From NCBI GenBank assembly GCA_965603825.1, contig CBFDEM010000040.1, positions 496,001-560,000 of the forward strand: DNA of 64,000 bases, written 5' to 3'. The notes under the pieces are model-generated. The model was given only the letters and a program-made list of their open reading frames with translations, was not told the DNA's origin and made no database searches. This document shows positions 57,692 through 64,000 of the stretch, in pieces; position 1 is the stretch's first letter; each line of letters opens with the position of its first letter. This DNA is from Blepharisma stoltei ATCC 30299 (taxonomy: Eukaryota; Protista; Ciliophora). A program made the position numbers and the translations under genes.

Positions 57692-58047
57692 TTTTGTGAA
57701 AAAGATAGTTAATTCTTGGAAAACATCAAAATGCTTTAGAAATGAAATTGAAAAATTTTTAATTTCACTCTTAAAATCTCTTATAAGGATCTTATTAATT
57801 AATAATTTCATTTAATATATTTTATTAATTAAAACAATAATATATGGACTGGTGCTCTCATTCAGATATTTTATATTTTGATATTTTATACTAATTATTA
57901 TAAGATATAGACTATTAAAATTTTATTCAAAGAATTAATTTTGGAACTTTTTTACACCTTTTTAAAAAATTTTATGCATTATAAGATGGAAGATGATTTT
58001 GGGATGAAATATAAGCTATATTTATACCACAGTAAATAATAATTCTC

Positions 58048-58167
58048 GTTGTCGGCCATACTATGCCTAACGCACCAGATCCCATCCGAACTCTGAAGTT
58101 AAGCGGCATAAGGCGAGGTTAGTACTTGGGTGGGGGACCGCCAGGGAAGCCCTCGTGCTGACAGCTA
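58048..58167 (+). rRNA. 5S rRNA
   Basis: gttgtcggccatac...gatcccatccgaactc.gaagttaagc...ttagtact...gggaccgccagggaa...gtgctgacagct; paired termini; T-run downstream. Confidence 0.97.
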
Positions 58168-58740
58168 AGCTTTTTATATTTTTGCGAGCAATGAATAATG
58201 GTTTTTACATTATCCCTAGCTTAGTTTTGTTTTGATTCAATCTATTCAAATTCTTAATTGTCTATTTAAGATTTAAAATCTTAAATTCAAGGTAATTAAT
58301 CCAATAAAAATTGTGCTAAGTATTTATAAAAAATATTATTAACTAAATATATTAATGAATTATTTTTATTATTGCCAACAAATAAGATTGAAAGAATTAT
58401 TATTTTTGAATTTTAAGCTTTTCTTTTACTTTTAAAATAATCTATTAGCAAAGAATTCTCATCATAATAAGCAATTGCCTTTTAATTTTTATGCAATACA
58501 ATATTCGAAATGATAATTGATTTTAATTATTCTGCTCTTTAAACATTTATAATTAAACTTTTACTGCAGACTTAGCATATTTTCATCAAAATATAATTTA
58601 CTGAAAATTATCTCCTAATTATAAAAATTGGTAGAAAAACTAAATTGAAAGCGACATCTATAGGGTATCTAGGTGCTTAGATCCTCAGCACTCAGTGGAA
58701 ATTATTTATATTTATGCTTAAAGCAAATTTAAATTGTGTA

Positions 58741-58814
58741 GGTCCCATAGCTCAGCTGGTTAGAGCGCTGTGCTAATAACGCAGAGGTCGTGAGTTCGAT
58801 CCTCACTGGGACCA
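58741..58814 (+). tRNA. tRNA-Ile (AAT)
   Basis: ggtccca/tgggacc acceptor, tagctcagctgg D-arm, ctgtg-ctAATaa-cgcag, gttcgatcc, oligo-T terminator. Confidence 0.96.
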
Positions 58815-59284
58815 TTTTTAGTTTCATTGAAATTTAAAATTTGGAACATCTGAAATGAGAAAAATTACTCATAAAAAATGCCAATATTAAGATAAATGTC
58901 TATTATTTTATTAAACTAATTTAAAATGGAAATTTTGAAAAGAAAATCGAATTTGACTAAGTGATCAGATTTTTTATAGTAATAAAAATTTAAAAATTTA
59001 AAAATATTAAGCTCCCCTGAGAAAGAACTATTTTAAGAAAATAATTGTTTGATATTATCTGATTGATCATCTTAGGAAGCAGTTTAAAAATGTTATAATA
59101 TGCTATTTTCCAAACTGATTTCATGCATAACGGATATCAATTAATTAGAAGCAACTCTCGTGATAATAAATAATTTTTAAGTCAATATGACATTCCCCTC
59201 TGTGTAATTAACCAAAAAAATTAATTTTTTTAGTTATTGAATCAACGATATCTAAGAGTGCCTACTGCACCATAAGAAAATTAA

Positions 59285-60331
59285 ATGGATTTGAATGGCA
59301 TATCACAAAATGCTAATGAAGTCTCAGATTTCTCAAAAAGCCAGCAATCAAATGTAACAAGAAGTACAATTGGAAATAGCAGCTTATTTAAATCCCGTGA
59401 AAATTCCTCTGCATACACCAGAATTTTTACAAAGAAAAATCTTCAAACCCATTTGCTACCAGAATTTCTAAAGCCCAAACGCAAAAAGAATTCTGGATTA
59501 ACCCATCAAAAATTGCAAACTTTAAATTTAAATAAGCCTCAAAACTCTGATGTTTTGGCCAGCTGGATAAGCTCGGACTCTCAAAATGAAGAATTTCAGC
59601 AGCTAAGCATACGAGCCCTAGATTCATTTAGCAATCGGCTGCGCTTGACATCAGAAAAAATTGAGCAGATAAGAAAAATTGAAGAAATCCTAGCAGATAT
59701 ATTTAATCCAGAAAAAGATCCAGACGAAGTAATTTTGCGGATTCGAAATCAATCATTAACGAGGAGCGAGCTAAGGTCTTTTAACGAACCTGTAGACTTG
59801 CCTGAAAAGATCGTGAACACATACATGAGAATGCTAAAAGCAAGCTATAAACGTCAAAAAGCTGAAATGAGAGGGAGAGTTCTGATATCGAGATCAGATT
59901 TTTCGGAAGAGGTTTTTTCCGGTTCTAAAAACATTATCCATTCAAAAGAAAACATTTTGAATTATACCTATCTTCTCTTTCCTTTGCACGCCGATCATTG
60001 GACTTTACTCGTCCTTAACACAAAGGAAAAGCAAGTGTATTATTACGACCCTTCCAAAGAGCATCTACAAATTCATAGTTTGTTGAGTGGGCTTTTTAGC
60101 TTTTTAAGAGGGTTTTTATTGACTCATCATAGCATATCTCTTGATGAAAGCGAGTGGAGGAACCTCTTCTATGTACCAAGCAAACTTGTGAAGAGCCACT
60201 TAGCTCAAGATAGCGGCGTTTATGTGTGCATGAAAGCTGAACTTATTATCAACGATAACAAAGAAGAAATGCCATTGGAAGATTATAGAAAAGATATGTT
60301 GGTCGCACTGATTAAAGCTAGTCTTGAGTAA
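59285..60331 (+). CDS. Ulp1/SENP (peptidase C48)-like protein with catalytic Cys replaced by Ser
   Basis: IVNTYM, LFPLHADHWTLLV, YYDPS, AQDSGVYVC. Confidence 0.78.
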   Translation: MDLNGISQNANEVSDFSKSQQSNVTRSTIGNSSLFKSRENSSAYTRIFTKKNLQTHLLPEFLKPKRKKNSGLTHQKLQTLNLNKPQNSDVLASWISSDSQNEEFQQLSIRALDSFSNRLRLTSEKIEQIRKIEEILADIFNPEKDPDEVILRIRNQSLTRSELRSFNEPVDLPEKIVNTYMRMLKASYKRQKAEMRGRVLISRSDFSEEVFSGSKNIIHSKENILNYTYLLFPLHADHWTLLVLNTKEKQVYYYDPSKEHLQIHSLLSGLFSFLRGFLLTHHSISLDESEWRNLFYVPSKLVKSHLAQDSGVYVCMKAELIINDNKEEMPLEDYRKDMLVALIKASLE

Positions 60332-60541
60332 TTCTCATTACTAATCTTTGTTAATAATTATTATTGACACATAAATTATTCTTACAGCCTTTTTTCTCCA
60401 ATTCCATATATTTTTTAAAAAATTGTAGCAAATATGCTGAAAAAGCTAATTCATAAAGAATCCTTTGCGTTTTAATTGTAGTAATTCTCTTAATTCAAAC
60501 TTAAATTTTATGTCGATGTAACTAACTTTTAGAATTCAAAT

Positions 60542-62638
60542 ATGGGAGGTTGCTGCTCTAAAAAGAAGCCAGCCAAACACGTGCAAGCAGTGCCAAAGGC
60601 AGATATTGATTTTGAACTGAGACAAAGAGTTATTTCTAAAAATCTTACCCGCAAACAAGCCCAAGAAATTATTAGTTATAACAAGAAATTCTGCATCCAG
60701 CAATTTATTATGAGCTCAAACTCGGAAATCATAAATAAGCGCAACCCTAAGAGCCAAGAAGAAACCGAGAGCTACCTCATCTGTAAACTAAAAGAATTAA
60801 TCGAAAATTTCAAAAAATCATTTTGCCAAGGAAAGCAAGGAGAAAATGTTCCCTATGACGATATTCTTAAATCTTCAGAAGAGGTTAAAAATGAAATCAA
60901 AGGAGTCTTCCCTTATTTTCATTTCTATAATGACTTATACTCATTTGAAGCATGTGGCGAGCTAAAATGGAGACTTGTAAAGGATGAATTATTAGAAAAG
61001 AAAAAGAAGAAAGAAACCATCATTAAATTATTTTTGGAAAATGCTAAAGGTTCTTATATTGAGAAAGGAAGAAAGGAGCTGGAAGAGATCATTGATTGAG
61101 CTTATCAATCGAAAGGAAATATGAAGGAGCAGAATTTATTAAAAAGATTTAAAGAACAAGCAGCAAGGGAAAGGACTGTTTTAAAAGAGTATAGAGAAAA
61201 GGCAGATGTAATTAGAGATAGTGTGATTAGCTTATATTTAGATCCAATGTCCCCAAAAAGTGTGGTAAAAGAAATTAATGAAGAAAGCATTGAAATCAAA
61301 GTTGAGGATCTGGAAGAAGAAAAATATGATATGCATAAAGACAAAGAAGTTAAAAAGGACAAAAAATTAGAGGACATGAAAGAAGAAAATAAAGGGCAAA
61401 GGGAAGAGCTGAAAAGTGAAAATATCTTAGCACATAAACTGCCAAGTAAAGAGGATAGCTTACCGAAAGGGATAGAAAACAAGCATGGGAAAAGATTAGC
61501 AATGCTGGATATAAGGGTTGAAGAGCATGATTTCATTTCAGAAGATGAAAGGAAAAGTGAAGTGAATGAGAGCAAGAAACAGATGAAGGCATCAATAAAA
61601 TCGAGTTCTAAAATCAAGATGCCTATTATGGTTGAAAAAGAAAATGCTAAATCAGACTCCATTAAAGAAAAAAGCTTTTCTATTAAGAAAAGTAGCCAAG
61701 ATGCACTTAAAGAGGAAAATAATAAGGCTTCATTAAGCCAAGTTGATACCACTAATGAGGAAAAAGAGATTAAAAATAAATCGTTTAAGAAAAGCAAGAC
61801 AAATAAAGAACTTAGCAAGCAATTAAATATGCAAGAAATTAATGATTCAAAAGAAAATCAAGAAATTATAAATGAGAAAGGCGATCACTTGCGACGTGAA
61901 CATAAAGATAATTCAGTTATTTCAAAAACTGAACATTTAGAGGAGCAAAAAGTAAAAAAAAATATTTCTCTTTCAAATAAATCAAATATCCCGCTGCCTG
62001 ACTCACAAGTATCAAATAAGTTAAATCCCCCTCCTCCTCCACCTCCACCTCCCCTTCCAAATAAATCAAATCCGCCACCACCGGCTCCATCTAATTCTAA
62101 TAAATCAAATCCCCCACCTCCTCCTTCTCATAAATCAAATCCTCCACCTCCGCCACCACCACCACCACCACTACCTAATAAATCAAATCCCCCGCCACCT
62201 CCTCCACTTCCCAACAAATCCAGTCCTCCCCCGCCTCCACCTCTTCCAAATAAATCAAATCCTCCACCACCTCCGCCCCTGCCCCCGCTCCCCAGCAAGT
62301 CAAATCCTCCAAAAGTCACATTATCCTCTATAAATCTCAAAAAGCCCTCAACAGAGCCCGAAAAATCTCCCCTCGCACGAGCTTTAGATTCCTTCCCAGA
62401 CAAAGAAAAGCCTCCAGCCCCCAAAGGTGACGATTTTCTATCTGAACTAAAGAATCGTCTTCAAAACAGATCAAATGTCCCTGTAATCCAATCTCCACAG
62501 GAGAAGTTAAAAGAAGAAATGAGTAAACGCTTCAATGAAATCCACAACAAAACTATAAAAGGTGTAGGAATTTTGAGCCAAGCCAAAGCTAATCCATATG
62601 GTGACGTGGAAAGTAGCAGTGATTCATTTTCAGATTAA
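60542..62638 (+). CDS. Dually acylated Lys/Glu-rich protein with polyproline repeats
   Basis: Starts MGGCCS; reads through TGA 61097 in frame into the 61121-62638 ORF. Confidence 0.75.
61976..62311 (+). repeat. Coding tandem repeat, about 9 imperfect copies of NKSN-P(n)-LP
   Basis: Recurrent aataaatcaaat followed by CCN codon runs. Confidence 0.9.
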
Positions 62639-62771
62639 TATATAAATGCTAATTATATTCTAATGCACGAAATTCACATGGATATCAAATTTTAACACAT
62701 GGAGACTAATCTCTTCAATCAAAATGAGATTTACACACATTTTAAATATGCAAGGCAGTATATTATTTAGG

Positions 62772-63389
62772 TTAAGCTTCAATCACAATTCTTGCACAGC
62801 AAACCAGATAAAAAATGCCAGCTGCAAATTTGAAATATTTTTCTGAAATACGTTTGCCAATAATTCGACCTAAAAATACAGCCATTACTCCGAGCGAAGC
62901 AAATGCTAAAATAGCTCCAACTGCTACAAGTAAAGGATTTGAAACAGCAGACAATACCATAATCGTAGTATTTGATTTGTCTCCCCATTCTGCAAGAAAT
63001 ACCATAATTGCAGTTTTAGAAAAGGTTTTAAACCACGTTGGCTCTACGATTTTGATTTCGTCGTCTTCATTTATTTCTTCATTAGCTTTGACAAGAGACT
63101 CATAAAAACACATCAATGCTTGAATAAAAAAACTGAGCGCAGAAAAAACAGCAATGTAAAAAGGATCAATCAAAAGGATTAAGGCTGCACCTAAAAATGC
63201 AGCACTTAATGCAATAAATGACATGGTAAGTAAATTGCCTAAAAATATTGCTGATCTTGAATAAGAGAATGCGAGAATTGTGATGATAAAAAATGTACGG
63301 TCGCCGATTTCTGCAATAAAGATTGCCATTGAGGCATTTAAAATTGTCTCGTATTGAAAATCGATGCCTACCAGGCAGGTGTTTTGCAT
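62772..63389 (-). CDS. GDT1: GDT1/TMEM165 (UPF0016) Ca2+/Mn2+ transporter
   Basis: Two E-x-G-D-[KR] motifs (AEIGDRT, AEWGDKS) and about 6 TMs; start uncertain. Confidence 0.9.
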   Translation of the reverse strand: MQNTCLVGIDFQYETILNASMAIFIAEIGDRTFFIITILAFSYSRSAIFLGNLLTMSFIALSAAFLGAALILLIDPFYIAVFSALSFFIQALMCFYESLVKANEEINEDDEIKIVEPTWFKTFSKTAIMVFLAEWGDKSNTTIMVLSAVSNPLLVAVGAILAFASLGVMAVFLGRIIGKRISEKYFKFAAGIFYLVCCARIVIEA

Positions 63390-63873
63390 TTTATTTATAA
63401 GTTCTCCAGAAAAATGATAAAAAATTCGTGTATTCGAAACAGCGACTAAGTATCGTTGCAAATGCTATTTTCTTTCGCAGGCTTAATCAGGGATGCTATT
63501 TTATAAAGACAAAAGATTTGCCTGGAGAACTAATTAAATCCTTTTGTTCAAATTTTTTTATATTTTAATCATGTGTCCCAGGAATTGAAAAATTTAAAAA
63601 AAGGTAAAAATATCAAAATTCAGAGTTCAGAGTTCAGTGTCTTTCTTTTATTTAGTTCCTAGACAAACATGCTTATGTAATAGCCTCAAAAAGAAGCAAG
63701 TAAATGCTAACTTATAAATATAGGGCAGATAAAGAACTCAGAAATGTAATAAAGAAGAGTTTATAAGAGCAGTATTTATCATTTTTTAATTATTAGACAA
63801 TAATTACTATATATTCATATATAATTTTAATAAATATTAGTCACAAAACTTACCCCTTATTTATTAGCGATTC

Positions 63874-64000
63874 TTAATAATCAGTTTGGCCTAAATATGA
63901 AATTGATTTGGGCAGTATTTGAATCTGAATAGTGGGTGAGTGGTACATCTCTCCATCTACATTGAACACTTGGGTATGCTTTGGCTCCAACATCACTTGC
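63874..64000 (-). CDS. 3' end of a probable sphingosine/diacylglycerol-kinase-family gene (partial)
   Basis: ...LEPKHTQVFNVDGEMYHSPTIQIQILPKSISYLGQTDY-TAA; VDGE motif. Confidence 0.6.
   Translation of the reverse strand, partial: QVMLEPKHTQVFNVDGEMYHSPTIQIQILPKSISYLGQTDY

Noticed and set aside
54410-59280. Long AT-rich spacers as retained IESs or MITEs
   Set aside because: No terminal inverted repeats or gene interruption visible by eye; needs a germline versus somatic read comparison
61976-62311. C-rich repeats as CRISPR or telomeric repeats
   Set aside because: In-frame proline codons with synonymous variation; no spacers, cas genes or fixed telomere unit
61105-62424. Antisense ORFs 61105-61818 and Gly-rich 62128-62424
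   Set aside because: Reverse-strand shadows of the Lys/Glu-rich and polyproline coding regions
12600-62638. Runs of short adjacent same-strand ORFs read as pseudogenes or operons
   Set aside because: All pieces are in the same frame and separated only by TGA or by 15-nt GT-AG introns; they are intact genes

Overview
AT-rich, gene-dense eukaryotic DNA, not prokaryotic. It is most consistent with the somatic (macronuclear) genome of a heterotrich ciliate such as Blepharisma. Two features make the supplied ORF track misleading. First, TGA is a sense codon (Trp): it falls at invariant Trp positions in Rab (IWDTAGQE), kinase (DIYSFGVIVWE), 14-3-3 (LRDNITLW) and RING (CGHLYCW) motifs, and every gene with a recognisable end stops at TAA/TAG. 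Second, genes carry tiny 15-16 nt GT-AG introns, and all 14 candidates found have A at position 10. Read this way, the window holds about 43 protein genes, tRNA-Gln(CTG), tRNA-Ile(AAT) and a 5S rRNA. The proteins include ACOX, RPL22, AIFM3-like, PUF, Myb, Rab21-like, HSP70, DENN, USP, eIF4G, eIF2alpha, V-ATPase e and f, a P3A H+-ATPase, POT1/TEBPalpha-like, 14-3-3-like, RPS7, VSR, RNF5-like, Pirh2-like and GDT1. The most unusual items are a 7TM receptor-pseudokinase fusion hidden by four TGA codons, a myristoylated EF-hand/pseudokinase/LRR protein, several other catalytically degenerate signalling proteins, a start codon split by an intron, and two 29-bp head-to-head intergenic gaps. No transposon, CRISPR array or telomeric repeat was seen. 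Family calls come from motif recognition only; no database search was run.
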